Assembly: GCA_965218795.1 (NCBI GenBank)
Contig: OZ244653.1
Coordinates: forward strand, 5,110,046 to 5,174,045
Length of the DNA: 64,000 nt
Reading direction: 5' to 3'
From: a bacterium
GTDB taxonomy: Bacteria; UBA8248; JACPRG01; G963555815
The translations under genes were made by a program, and so were the position numbers. This document shows, piece by piece, positions 18,948 to 28,782 of the stretch (position 1 is the stretch's first letter; every line of letters begins with the position of its first letter). A model generated the notes under the pieces. That model saw nothing but the letters and a program-made list of their open reading frames with translations, did not search any database and was not told the DNA's origin.

Positions 18948-18990
18948 TATAATTATAATAAATATTATAATATTTATCCGCTCTGTCAAT
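18948..18990 (-). promoter_or_regulatory. Sigma70-like promoter overlapped by AT-rich palindromic operator(s)
   Basis: TTGACA on the minus strand (18984-18989). Perfect palindrome ATAAATATTATAATATTTAT at 18958-18977 and TATAATTATA at 18948-18957. Confidence 0.7.
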
Positions 18991-19047
18991 CCCTGATGCC
19001 GGGTTATTTCTTGATGATGATGTATTTCTTGGGAGCTGCGAGACGAA

Positions 19048-19097
19048 AGCTTTTCGGAGGGAGCCAGAGGGGCGGCTTTCCAAAAAAGCCCCCCTGG
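19048..19097. repeat. Hairpin repeat related to 28963-29013
   Basis: AAGCTTTTCGGAGGGAGCCAGAGGGGCGGCTTTCCAAAAAAGCCCCCCTGG. Confidence 0.6.
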
Positions 19098-19109
19098 AGG
19101 GGATCCGAG

Positions 19110-20102
19110 TTAGAGTTTCCAGGTCTCTGCCGTGTTGGGCGCAAAGAGCTCCTCGACTCCGACCCGCCGGGCCGTCAGGCCCTGTTCTTCGGCGTACCGG
19201 CAGAACGTTTCCAGCGTCTTGCGATTTGATTCGACCCCGTAGGGCCAGAAGTCGTCGCCCATTATCCGGCGGGTCTCATCGGCCTCCGCCACCTGCCATG
19301 GCAGCATCGTGATCAGCCAGCCCGGGTCGCCCAGCATCCGCTCGATGTCCTCTTTTGCCTCCTGGAAGGCATGGAGAAGGCTCTGCGCCAGCCAGGGGTT
19401 TTCCTCGTAGACGTCGCGCCGGAGCGCCAGGGTATGCATGATGGGGAAAAGCCCGGTCTTGCGAAAGTACGCCTGCTCCGCGTTTCGAAAATCCGGGAAG
19501 AGCCGCTTCACGCGCGGATCGCCCGCGAAAAAGGCGGAGGGGGGGTGGGCGCAGAACAGCGCGTCGATGTCCCCTTCGCAAAGCGCCCGGTTCAGCGTGT
19601 CGTTTTCGGGAATGGACTCTAGGCGGATGGAAAGCGGCAGATCGAGATCGACGCGCTCCTTTCTTCCGGGCACTTCCTGGCCGCCGTTCACCCAGATCAC
19701 ATCCTCCGGGGCGACACCGTACTCGTGGTGGAGGAGACCCCGCATCCAGACGCAGGCGGTCATGGCGTATTCGGGGATGCCGATGCGACGGCCCTTGAGG
19801 TCTTCCGGTTTTTCGATACCGTTTTCGGCGCAAATGAAGATCCCCGAATGGCGGAAGACGCGGGAGGGAAAGACCGGAACCCCGACGAAGGGAGCGTCGC
19901 CTCGGCCGATCAGCGTCGTGTGGGCGCCGAGGGACATCTCGGACGCGTCGAACTCCTGGTTCTGGCACATTCGCCAGAAGATCTCGGCCACGTGCAGGTC
20001 GAGCCAGTTCAGGTCCGCCCCCTCGATGGAAATTCTGCCGTCCGCCAGGGCGCGGGTTCGATCCGAGATGTGACAGGCGATGGTGAGCCGCAGTTTACTC
20101 AT
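19110..20102 (-). CDS. 4,5-dihydroxyphthalate decarboxylase-like protein (periplasmic binding protein fold)
   Basis: DRTRAL.DG, EIFWRM...EFDASEMS, FPSR.FRH, EY.MTA.VW.RG, FPIMH, DFWPYG. Confidence 0.85.
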   Translation of the reverse strand: MSKLRLTIACHISDRTRALADGRISIEGADLNWLDLHVAEIFWRMCQNQEFDASEMSLGAHTTLIGRGDAPFVGVPVFPSRVFRHSGIFICAENGIEKPEDLKGRRIGIPEYAMTACVWMRGLLHHEYGVAPEDVIWVNGGQEVPGRKERVDLDLPLSIRLESIPENDTLNRALCEGDIDALFCAHPPSAFFAGDPRVKRLFPDFRNAEQAYFRKTGLFPIMHTLALRRDVYEENPWLAQSLLHAFQEAKEDIERMLGDPGWLITMLPWQVAEADETRRIMGDDFWPYGVESNRKTLETFCRYAEEQGLTARRVGVEELFAPNTAETWKL

Positions 20103-20114
20103 CGTAGGTCCCCC

Positions 20115-20504
20115 TTATGGCTCCGGGTTCTCCGCGGGCGGTCTGGACCGCACGTCGGCCGCGTTCCCGGTGGGTGGGGCGAAGATGCCGAGAAATCGGA
20201 GGATGCCGTCGCCCGCGTTGACGTGCCGGTGCTCGACGTTCGGCGGAATCAGGATTCCCTGTCCGGGTTCCGCCCGATGAAGCGTCTCTCCCGCCTCTAC
20301 GCCCGCAACGCCCTCGAGGACGAAGAGGGCCTCCGGATGATCGCGGGTGTGCGCTTCGGACGTGTCGCCCGGGGCCAACTCCACGTGGTACAGCTCCAGT
20401 CCGGGGTGACCCGTCTCCGGGTCCAGGAGGACGCGGGTCTTCCGGCCGCCCGCGCCCAGGTAAGCGGTGACGTCTTCCGGGGATATGATTCGGACTTCGG
20501 CCAT
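20115..20504 (-). CDS. Cupin-2 protein
   Basis: H....E..FVLEG and IPPNVEHRH.N.G motifs. Confidence 0.85.
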   Translation of the reverse strand: MAEVRIISPEDVTAYLGAGGRKTRVLLDPETGHPGLELYHVELAPGDTSEAHTRDHPEALFVLEGVAGVEAGETLHRAEPGQGILIPPNVEHRHVNAGDGILRFLGIFAPPTGNAADVRSRPPAENPEP

Positions 20505-20511
20505 GAGCGGC

Positions 20512-21867
20512 TTACCCGATCGAGCGAGGGATGAATTGCCCGGTCCCCGGGGTCGCCGTCACCTCGCCCTCTTCCATGACGACCTGCCCGCGCAGGAGGG
20601 TCTGTACAGGCCAGCCTTTGAGGGTCTGCCCGTCGAACGGGCTGTAATCGGATCCCTGGTGAAGGTTCTTGTTGGCGTCGACGACGACGGCCTTATCGAG
20701 ATCCACGATGGCGATGTCGGCGTCCGAGCCGACGGCGAGGACCCCCTTCTTCGGGTACAGCCCGAAGATTCGCGCGGGCTGGCAGGCGGTGGCTTCGACG
20801 ACGCGCTCCAGCGTCAATCTTCCCTTGTTCACCCCCTCGCTGAGCAGCGCGGGAAGAGAAGTCTCGATCCCCGGCATCCCCACGATGGCGGACCAGAAAT
20901 CCTCCTTGTGGCGGAGGGAGGTCGGGGCATGGTCGGAACCCACCGTGGACAGCGCGCCCTCGGAGAGACCTTCCCACAGGGCGCTTGAGTCCCCGGCTTC
21001 CCGGAGGGGCGGATTGATCTTTCCGATGACCGGATCGAAATCCTTGGTGAGCGTGAGATATTGCGGACAGGTCTCGCCGATGACCCGCATTCCCCGGGCC
21101 CGGGCCTCCCGCACGATACGCACGCCATTCCTGATGGTGATGTGGACGATGTAGAGCGTGCAGCCGGCCGCTTCTGCAAGGACCACGGCGCGGTTCATGG
21201 CCTCCTCTTCGCAGAAGGGAGGGCGCGTTTCGGTCCAGGCAATGTCCGTTCGATCGCTGGCCTTCAGCTCATCGCGCAGCTTGAAAAAGACCTCGATGTT
21301 CTCGGCGTGGACCATGGCGATGGCCCCGGTCCCCAGACGTCCCACCTCGCGGAACCCGCGAAAGAGCACCCCGTCGTCGATCCCCTGGAGCGGCGGCTTG
21401 GCTTCCTCTCCCCGATAGGACATCCAGAACTTGAAGGACGTGATCCCCTGACGGGCGAGCTCGGGGATCTCGGCGATGTGATCCTCGCTCACGATCCCCC
21501 CATGGAACGTCCCGTCCGAAAGGGCATGAGCGTCGAAGAGCGACCGCATCTCGGCGAAGTGTTCCAGCAGGCTTCCGGTCGAGAGAATGAAGTGGATCAG
21601 CGTGGTCGTTCCCCCCGCTACGGCGGCACGGCTGGAGGTCGGGATGGCCTCCTCCATGGGCCAGTCGGGCCAGTGCATGTGGACGTGGGGGTCGATCCGG
21701 CCGGGTAGGACGAACTTCCCGCTTGCGTCGATCTCGCGGGCGCCGGAAAGGGATTCCGACGGCGATGTGATGGCCTCGATCGTCTCACCCCGGATGCCGA
21801 GGTTCCCTTCCGTCCGTCCGTTTGAATGTACCAGTGTCCCGTTTTTTATGACGAGGTCATAGCTCAA
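20512..21867 (-). CDS. Cyclic amidohydrolase (dihydropyrimidinase/hydantoinase family) 2
   Basis: IDPHVH, SFKFWMSY, HAEN, KINPPLR, GSDHAP, GSDAD. TTG overlaps the upstream stop. Confidence 0.9.
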   Translation of the reverse strand: MSYDLVIKNGTLVHSNGRTEGNLGIRGETIEAITSPSESLSGAREIDASGKFVLPGRIDPHVHMHWPDWPMEEAIPTSSRAAVAGGTTTLIHFILSTGSLLEHFAEMRSLFDAHALSDGTFHGGIVSEDHIAEIPELARQGITSFKFWMSYRGEEAKPPLQGIDDGVLFRGFREVGRLGTGAIAMVHAENIEVFFKLRDELKASDRTDIAWTETRPPFCEEEAMNRAVVLAEAAGCTLYIVHITIRNGVRIVREARARGMRVIGETCPQYLTLTKDFDPVIGKINPPLREAGDSSALWEGLSEGALSTVGSDHAPTSLRHKEDFWSAIVGMPGIETSLPALLSEGVNKGRLTLERVVEATACQPARIFGLYPKKGVLAVGSDADIAIVDLDKAVVVDANKNLHQGSDYSPFDGQTLKGWPVQTLLRGQVVMEEGEVTATPGTGQFIPRSIG

Positions 21868-23837
21868 GAATTTTTTCCTCCGGCACCTTCTACCCGGAAC
21901 CCGGGGATGACTTCCCGGCCGAACATCCGTACGCTCACCACCTCTTCGTTGAAGGGCAGATGCTTCACGATGAAATGGTTGACGCCGATGTCGAGAAAGC
22001 GCTGGAGGCGCCGGGTGATGTCCTCCGGCGTCCCGATCAGCGTCTTTTCCGCCACCTCCTCCAGCGACAACTCCATGTCGTGATGGATGGCGAAATAGGG
22101 CGCGACCTTTTCGACCTCGCGCCGGATCTTATCCTCATCCCGCGTGCAACAACCGTAAAAGCCGACCCCCCACATGAACTCGTCCGGGTCGCGGCCCAGC
22201 TCGACCGCGCGGGATTTGATCGCGGCCATCCCTTCCTGCATCTGTTCGATCCGGCCGCCCCAGGGCATCCAGCCCCGCGTATGTTTGGCGACGCGTTCGA
22301 GCGTTTTCCCGACGTCCCCGCCCGAGACGATCGGCGGTCCCCCGGGAGAATAGGGCTTCGGCTCGAACGAGATGTCCTGGAACCGGTAGAAGTCGCCCTC
22401 GAAAGAAACGTTGTCCTGAATAAACAGGGCCTTGAGAATATCGAGCTCTTCATCCGTCATCCGCCCGCGTTTGTTGTACGGGATTTCACAGGCGTCGAAC
22501 TCCGGCTTGTAACCGCCGACACCGAAGCCCAGGATGAGCCGGCCTTTGCTGGCGTGATCCAGCGTTGCGATCAGGTTCGCCAGATGAATCGGATGGCGCA
22601 TCGGAAACAGCAGGACCGACGTGCCCAGGTGAATCCTCTCCGTGATCGAACTGAGGGCGGCCAGGACCATGGTGGCCTCGAAGATCCCCTTCGTGCCGAA
22701 GGCGGCGCTCAGACCCGGCGGAGCGAGGAAGTGGTCGGCCACCCAGGCTGAATCGAAGTCCAGCGCCTCGGCCTCGCGGGCGAGCGTTCGCAGGTGGTCG
22801 AACTGGACGACGGGGTAGCCGTCATTGGGGAGCAAGAGTCCGAAGTGGGGGTCGATTGCGTTGGCCACGAAAGTCTCCTTCGTGATGTGCGCCGGATGGG
22901 TTCCGGATGAGCGGCCGGAACCCGTCCGCGAGGGGGGCTCCGAGATCAGCCGGTAAAGATCCGGGCGGCGCTCATCGAAGTAGGGAAGGTTGCCCCGGGC
23001 CTCGGCGATTCGGTCGAGGTCCAAGGTTGCGCGCAGAATCATCGGTTCATCCGGAGGCGCTTCGGCGAGCAGGCCTCCATAGGGATCGATGACACAGCTT
23101 CGGCCGAAGAACCGGGTTTCCACTTCTCCGACCCGCTCGATTCCCGCCTTGTTGCACCCCGCGACAAAATACAGGTTCTCCAAAGCTCGGGTCCGCAGTT
23201 CGATGTGAAACATTTCCTCCGCGGTCGCCGAGGGAGAGGGGGCCCAGGCCGGCACGTCGGCCACCATGAAAACGACCTCCGCCCCCTGAAGCGCCAGGGT
23301 GCGCCACCCCTCGGGGAAGCGCCGATCGTAACAGACCAGCAATCCCACACGGGCCTTCGGCGTGTCAAAAACGGCGAAACCCTCACCTGCGGAGAAAAAG
23401 TGATGCTCGTCAACGCCGGTCTTGGGTGTGGCGGCCAGATGGGTTTTGGAAAAACGGACCGTTTTTCCACCCCCTGGGAGGCTGCCTGACACGGGGGTCC
23501 CCTCCGGGCCTATCAGGACCACGCTGTTCAGCCGTTCTCCGGTATCCGGGAGGAGTTCATAGAAGGGGTAGACGATGTGGCACCGGATCCGGCGCGCCCG
23601 CTCGCCGACCTCCCGGATGGCTTCGGAATCCAAGAGGAGGGCATACGGCACGTGCTCGACCTGAGGATTCCTGGGGAAATAGGGAGTTGTCGAGAGCTCA
23701 TTGAGACAAATGAAGTCGGGAGACGCCGTCCCGGCCTCTTCGATCAGCCGTAGGTTTTCCCGCAGGTTGTCGGCGAGGTCAGGGCCCGCGGGGCCCCTCT
23801 GGATCAATGCGACTTCAATGGTTCGCGGCCGACTCAT
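21864..23837 (-). CDS. In-frame fusion of a carbon-nitrogen hydrolase (carbamoylase-like) and an LLM oxidoreductase
   Basis: Nitrilase triad LNE / KTHL / VCYDRRFPE, then WVADH, GRLILGFGVG. Internal AAGGAG-GTG at 22868. Confidence 0.85.
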   Translation of the reverse strand: MSRPRTIEVALIQRGPAGPDLADNLRENLRLIEEAGTASPDFICLNELSTTPYFPRNPQVEHVPYALLLDSEAIREVGERARRIRCHIVYPFYELLPDTGERLNSVVLIGPEGTPVSGSLPGGGKTVRFSKTHLAATPKTGVDEHHFFSAGEGFAVFDTPKARVGLLVCYDRRFPEGWRTLALQGAEVVFMVADVPAWAPSPSATAEEMFHIELRTRALENLYFVAGCNKAGIERVGEVETRFFGRSCVIDPYGGLLAEAPPDEPMILRATLDLDRIAEARGNLPYFDERRPDLYRLISEPPSRTGSGRSSGTHPAHITKETFVANAIDPHFGLLLPNDGYPVVQFDHLRTLAREAEALDFDSAWVADHFLAPPGLSAAFGTKGIFEATMVLAALSSITERIHLGTSVLLFPMRHPIHLANLIATLDHASKGRLILGFGVGGYKPEFDACEIPYNKRGRMTDEELDILKALFIQDNVSFEGDFYRFQDISFEPKPYSPGGPPIVSGGDVGKTLERVAKHTRGWMPWGGRIEQMQEGMAAIKSRAVELGRDPDEFMWGVGFYGCCTRDEDKIRREVEKVAPYFAIHHDMELSLEEVAEKTLIGTPEDITRRLQRFLDIGVNHFIVKHLPFNEEVVSVRMFGREVIPGFRVEGAGGKNS

Positions 23838-24111
23838 TCGCTGAAATCCCAATTGTGTTAAATTGCGCTGTACCGGATGATCGTGTTCATGTTCCTCTGA
23901 CCCCGACGGCCGAGAATCGGAGCATCCCATCCTCGCTGTGCAGACTGCCATTTGAATACAAGCATGGGGTGAATGGACACCCCACGCTAGCAAAGGGGTC
24001 AAAATGGTGTCAAGAAACGCCGCCGCTCGATTGACTGGGAGAGTCGGGTATCGGCAAGGGTCGGACGCTTAGTATGGGTCCCTTGGACGCTGTTGCGGAT
24101 GGAGAAACCCG

Positions 24112-24795
24112 ATGAAGAAGATCATCGACTTGAGTCTTCTGGTGGAAGAAGGCGTACTCATCCCTTTTCCACCGGAAAAGACGAGCCTTATAAGAAAGAA
24201 GTGGTGAAAACCCACTCCTCCGTGGGTGTTCATGGGACCGTGGTGGAGATGTACCTGCGCGTGGGGACACACGTGGACGCCCCGCTTCACTTTATTCCCG
24301 GAGGGGATACCATCGATTCCCTGTCTCTGGACCGGCTGGTCGGTGACGCAATCGGCCTGGATCTCCTGAATAAGGAAGGTCAAGTCGCCATTTCCAAGTC
24401 GGACCTGGAAGGTGCGGCGGACAGACTGCAAAAAGACGGGATGACCTGCGAGCGGGGTGATCCTGTGCACCGGTCACCATGAGAGGACCTGGGGGAGTTT
24501 CGATTACTGGAACCAGTCTCCATACCTCACCGGGGAGGCGGCCCAGTGGATTGTGGATGAAGGCTTTTCCGCGGCGGGATACGATTTCTTCCAGGAGATC
24601 CCGGGCAATCTTCGGAAGCCCGACGAACCGGGTCCGATCCATACCAGGATTCTTGGGAATTCGATTTACAATATCGAGTACCTGACCGGTTTGGATCGGG
24701 TGGCCGGCAGGAAGTTTTGGCTGTCGGCGGCGCCGCTTCTCCTCAAGGGCGTGGAAGGCGGGCCGGCTCGCGCGTACGCCGTGCTGGATGAGTAA
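24112..24795 (+). pseudogene. Cyclase (kynurenine formamidase/isatin hydrolase family) pseudogene
   Basis: MKKIIDLS start, then frameshifts near 24155 and 24460. Motif reads RVGTHVDAPLH (first His replaced by Arg). C-terminus IEYL..L...PL...G.EG.PARA. Confidence 0.82.
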
Positions 24796-24884
24796 GCGAC
24801 GGTTCGAGGCTGTTTGGAACGGCCAGATCCCTGGCGTAAGCCGAGAACCAAAGGAATCATCGGGACGTCGAGAGGGAATCGCCC

Positions 24885-26267
24885 ATGTCATTTGCTGATC
24901 CGCGGGATTTCTTGGCCTGTCTGGAGGAAGAGGGGGATCTGATCCGGATTTCCGAGTCCGTGGATGTTCTCTACGAGATTTCGGCCTACATCCGGAAGAC
25001 CTCTGACCAACAGGGTCCGGCGATCCTCTTTGAGAAGGTCAAAGGCCACGACATGCCAGTGGTCGGCGGACTCTACGCCGCCCGGCGCAGGGTCTTGCGC
25101 GCCCTCGGCTTCCAGGAAGAGGAAATCGTCGAGCGATTCAAGCAGGCGGCCGATCATCCCATCGCTCCGGTTCTCGTAGAGGAAGCGCCATGCCAGGAAG
25201 TCGTTCTGGAAGGGGAGGCGGTCGACCTGAACCGCTTGCCCATTCCCACATATTGTCTCCAGGACGGCGGCGCGTTCATCACCCACGGCGTCCAGATCTC
25301 CAAAGACCCGGAAACGGGAGCTCGGAACGCGGGCATTTACCGCATGCAGCTCAAGGGACGAAACCGGCTGGGCCTTTTCTCTAATGTTCAGCAGCACTGC
25401 TACATCCATTATTCGAAGGCCGAGGAGCGGGGAGAGGGGCTGGAGGTTGCCGTTGCCATGGGCACGGACCCGATCATCATGCTGGGCACCCAGGTGAAGG
25501 CGGACTACGGGATGGACGAGCTCGCCCTCTCCGGAGGTCTCAGCGGGGAAGCCGTCCAAGTGATGAAATGCCGGACGGTCGACCTGGAAGTCCCCGCAAC
25601 GAGCGAAATTGTCATTGAAGGCAGGCTGATACCGAATTTCCGGGAAGAGGAGGGGCCGTTCGGGGAGTTTTCCGGGTATTACGGCCCGGCGTCCGAGCGG
25701 CCCGTCATGGAAGTGACGGCCATCACGCACCGCGCCTCGCCCATCTATCACGCGGGCCTGACGGGCGTCCCGATGACGGAAAATCATTTTCTGAAGCAGA
25801 TTCCCAGCGAGGTCACCCTCTACCGCGAGCTGAAATCCAAATTCCCCGAGGTGAACGACGTTTCTTTCCCCGCCTCCGGTTGCAGCGAGTATCATTGCTA
25901 CATCTCGATGACTCCCCGTTACAAGGGGCAGCCTCGCAACGTCCTCCTGGCCGCGTTGGGAAGCTCACGGCGTCCGAAGCTCGCGGTGGTCGTGGACGAG
26001 GATGTGGACGTCTACGATGACGTCAAGGTGCTCTGGGCCCTCAGTACGCGGATGCAGGCCGACAAGGACGTGATCATCGTCCCGGCCGCCGGGGGCGCCC
26101 CGCTGGATCCGTCCACCCCGGAGCCGGATGTAACGGCCGTGATGGGGATCGACGCCACGAAGCCCTTCAACGAGGAATTTGCGGAAGTGCCCGAGATTCC
26201 GGGCCTCGAGAATGTCCCCGACCTGTTGAGCATGGCGCGGACCCTGGGGAGCAGGCTCAAGGCATGA
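24885..26267 (+). CDS. UbiD-family prFMN-dependent (de)carboxylase
   Basis: N.GIYR.Q, EGPFGEFSGYY, VVVDEDVD, PLDPS, GIDATKP. Confidence 0.93.
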   Translation: MSFADPRDFLACLEEEGDLIRISESVDVLYEISAYIRKTSDQQGPAILFEKVKGHDMPVVGGLYAARRRVLRALGFQEEEIVERFKQAADHPIAPVLVEEAPCQEVVLEGEAVDLNRLPIPTYCLQDGGAFITHGVQISKDPETGARNAGIYRMQLKGRNRLGLFSNVQQHCYIHYSKAEERGEGLEVAVAMGTDPIIMLGTQVKADYGMDELALSGGLSGEAVQVMKCRTVDLEVPATSEIVIEGRLIPNFREEEGPFGEFSGYYGPASERPVMEVTAITHRASPIYHAGLTGVPMTENHFLKQIPSEVTLYRELKSKFPEVNDVSFPASGCSEYHCYISMTPRYKGQPRNVLLAALGSSRRPKLAVVVDEDVDVYDDVKVLWALSTRMQADKDVIIVPAAGGAPLDPSTPEPDVTAVMGIDATKPFNEEFAEVPEIPGLENVPDLLSMARTLGSRLKA

Positions 26268-28609
26268 ACCGGCCGGAAGAGGGACCGCATCGCCTCTCCA
26301 CACGCATCACTCGACAGGATGAGAATATGGAACCGCTCAGGGTCGTCGGAAAACCCATCCCGCAGATCAATGCGCCGGAAAAGGTCCGGGGATACGCCAG
26401 GTATGTCGGAGATATGCAATTACCCCGGATGCTCCACGCCAAACTGCTCCGGAGTCCCCACGCCCACGCCCGCATCCTGGGTATCCGGGCGGACAAGGCC
26501 CTGCAGGTCCCCGGCGTTGCGGCGGTCGCCACGTCGGACGACACGCCGAAGGTGCCCTGGGGCGTGGTCAAGAATGACCAGCAGATCCTCGCGGTCGATA
26601 AGGTCCGTCACATCGGGGAGGAGGTTGCGGCCGTCGCCGCCGAGACCGAGGAAGCCGCGCTGGAGGCGGTCGAGCGTATCGAGGTGGAATACGAGGTCCT
26701 GCCGCCCGTCTTCGAATTGGAAGAGGCCCTCGCGCCCGGTGCGCCGGAAGTCCATGAGGGAACGGGAAACGTGTCCCGGGAGCTCCGCATCCGCCACGGC
26801 GACGTCGAAAAAGGGTTTTCAGAATCCGCCGCCGTGCATGAAGAGACCTATACGACGCCCCATCAGTTTCAGACTTACATGGAGCCGCTGGGCGCCCTGG
26901 CCGATATCGACGGGCAGGGCCGCATCACGCTGTACGTCCCCAGCCAATCCATATACTTCACCCGGCGTCTCGTGGCCCAGGCCCTCCAGCTTCCCTCGAC
27001 GAAGATTCGGGTCGTGCAGACCTGCGTGGGAGGCGCTTTCGGGGGCAAGCTCGGCGAAGATCCCATGGGGCACATTGCCTCCCTGATGGCGCTCAAGACG
27101 GGCCGTCCCGTCCGCCTCCTCAACAACCGTCTCGATGAATTTCAGGCCTCGCGGCCCCGGATGCCGGCGAAAATCCGCCTCGGAATGGGCGTGCGGGATG
27201 ATGGAACCCTCGCCGCGAAGGAGGCGCAAATCCTCGGGAACAACGGGGCGTACACGTGTTTTTCATACGAAGTGATCCAGGTGACGGCCACGAGGATGGA
27301 CAATCTGTACCGGCAAGAGAATCTCAAGGTGGACGCCACGCTCGTCTACACCAATCTCATTCCGGCGGGCGCCTTTCGCGGGTTCGGCAACCCGCAGATG
27401 TCCTTCGCGATGGAATCGCACATGGACGTCCTGGCGGAGAAGCTGGGCATGGATCCGGCGGAGCTCCGGCTTCGGAACGCCGTCCACGCAGGGGACGTCA
27501 CGATCCACGGATGGGAACTGGGAAGCTGCGGGATCCAGGAGTGCATCGAGAAGGCGACAGAGGCGATCGATTGGAAGTCGCTTCGCTCGGCGAAGCAGGA
27601 TCGGGAAGACGGCCGCTACCGGACGGGCATCGGCCTCGGCTGCGCCGTCCATTCAACCTCCAGCCGGCAGCTCTCCAATTGGGACGGCTCGACGGCGGTC
27701 GTGAAGGTAGACGACGACGGAAAGGCCCAGGTCATCTGCGGCGAGGGGGAGCTGGGCCAGGGCGCGCAGACGGTCATCGCCCAGATTGCCGCCGAGGGAC
27801 TGGGCCTGGAGGTGGACGACATAAGGGTCTCCGCGGCGGATACGGAGAACACGCCGCTCTGCTTCGGGGGCTACGGAAGCCGCCTGACGCTGATGGCGGG
27901 CAACGCCGTCCAGCGCGCGGCCGAAGGCTGCAAGAAGACCCTCCTGAACGTCGCCGCCGAGCAGTTGGAGGTTTCGCCGGGCGACTTACAGTTGGATCGC
28001 GGGATGATCTTCGTTCAGAGCGCGCCGGACAGGAAGATGACCATCGGCGATGCGGTGGCGGCGAACCTGCTCCGCGCGCAGGGGGACATCGTCTATCATC
28101 AGGCCACGTGGGACGCCCCCACCGTGACGCCCGACGAGGAGACCGCCTATGGCCGGACGACCGTGGCCTGTTCGTTCGTTTGCGTGATCGTCGTCGTCGA
28201 GGTGGACACCGAGACGGGGCAGGTCCATCTGAAACACATTGTCGCGGCCGACGACCTGGGCAAGGCCATCAATCCGCTGACCGTCGAGGGGCAGGTGCAG
28301 GGGGAGCTGGCGCAGGGGCTGGGGTACGGCCTGTTTGAAAACGCCGTCGCCGAGGGAGGGCAGTTCGCCGGCGGAAACCTGGCTGATTACACTGTCCCCA
28401 AGGCCGACTCCCTTCCGGAGATCACCTCGATTTTCGTCGAATCCCTGGACCCGGACGGTCCTTTCGGGGCCAAGGGCTGCTCGGAATGCGCGCTCGTCCC
28501 GACTGCGGCCGTCCTGGCGAATGCCGTCTACGACGCCGTCGGCGTTCGAATCACCTCCCTCCCCATCCGGCCGGAAATCATCCTGAGGGCCATGGCGGAT
28601 CAGGTATAG
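26264..28609 (+). CDS. Xanthine dehydrogenase-family molybdopterin-binding large subunit 1
   Basis: LRSPHAHARI, GGAFGGK, FRGFG, VDTETG, EGQ..G, GPFGAKG.SE. Confidence 0.92.
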   Translation: MNRPEEGPHRLSTRITRQDENMEPLRVVGKPIPQINAPEKVRGYARYVGDMQLPRMLHAKLLRSPHAHARILGIRADKALQVPGVAAVATSDDTPKVPWGVVKNDQQILAVDKVRHIGEEVAAVAAETEEAALEAVERIEVEYEVLPPVFELEEALAPGAPEVHEGTGNVSRELRIRHGDVEKGFSESAAVHEETYTTPHQFQTYMEPLGALADIDGQGRITLYVPSQSIYFTRRLVAQALQLPSTKIRVVQTCVGGAFGGKLGEDPMGHIASLMALKTGRPVRLLNNRLDEFQASRPRMPAKIRLGMGVRDDGTLAAKEAQILGNNGAYTCFSYEVIQVTATRMDNLYRQENLKVDATLVYTNLIPAGAFRGFGNPQMSFAMESHMDVLAEKLGMDPAELRLRNAVHAGDVTIHGWELGSCGIQECIEKATEAIDWKSLRSAKQDREDGRYRTGIGLGCAVHSTSSRQLSNWDGSTAVVKVDDDGKAQVICGEGELGQGAQTVIAQIAAEGLGLEVDDIRVSAADTENTPLCFGGYGSRLTLMAGNAVQRAAEGCKKTLLNVAAEQLEVSPGDLQLDRGMIFVQSAPDRKMTIGDAVAANLLRAQGDIVYHQATWDAPTVTPDEETAYGRTTVACSFVCVIVVVEVDTETGQVHLKHIVAADDLGKAINPLTVEGQVQGELAQGLGYGLFENAVAEGGQFAGGNLADYTVPKADSLPEITSIFVESLDPDGPFGAKGCSECALVPTAAVLANAVYDAVGVRITSLPIRPEIILRAMADQV

Positions 28610-28782
28610 GGATTCTGGGGTTCGCTTCAGAGGACATTTTTCTTTTTGGGGGACATTTTGGGCACTTGCGTGCCGGCCATTTCGTGGATGAGAGTCTTTC
28701 TGAGAATCATGGCCTCTGTGGCGCACGTCCATGCGACAGCTTGATGAGCAGGCATGCAAGTGCATCAAGCTGACACGATGTG

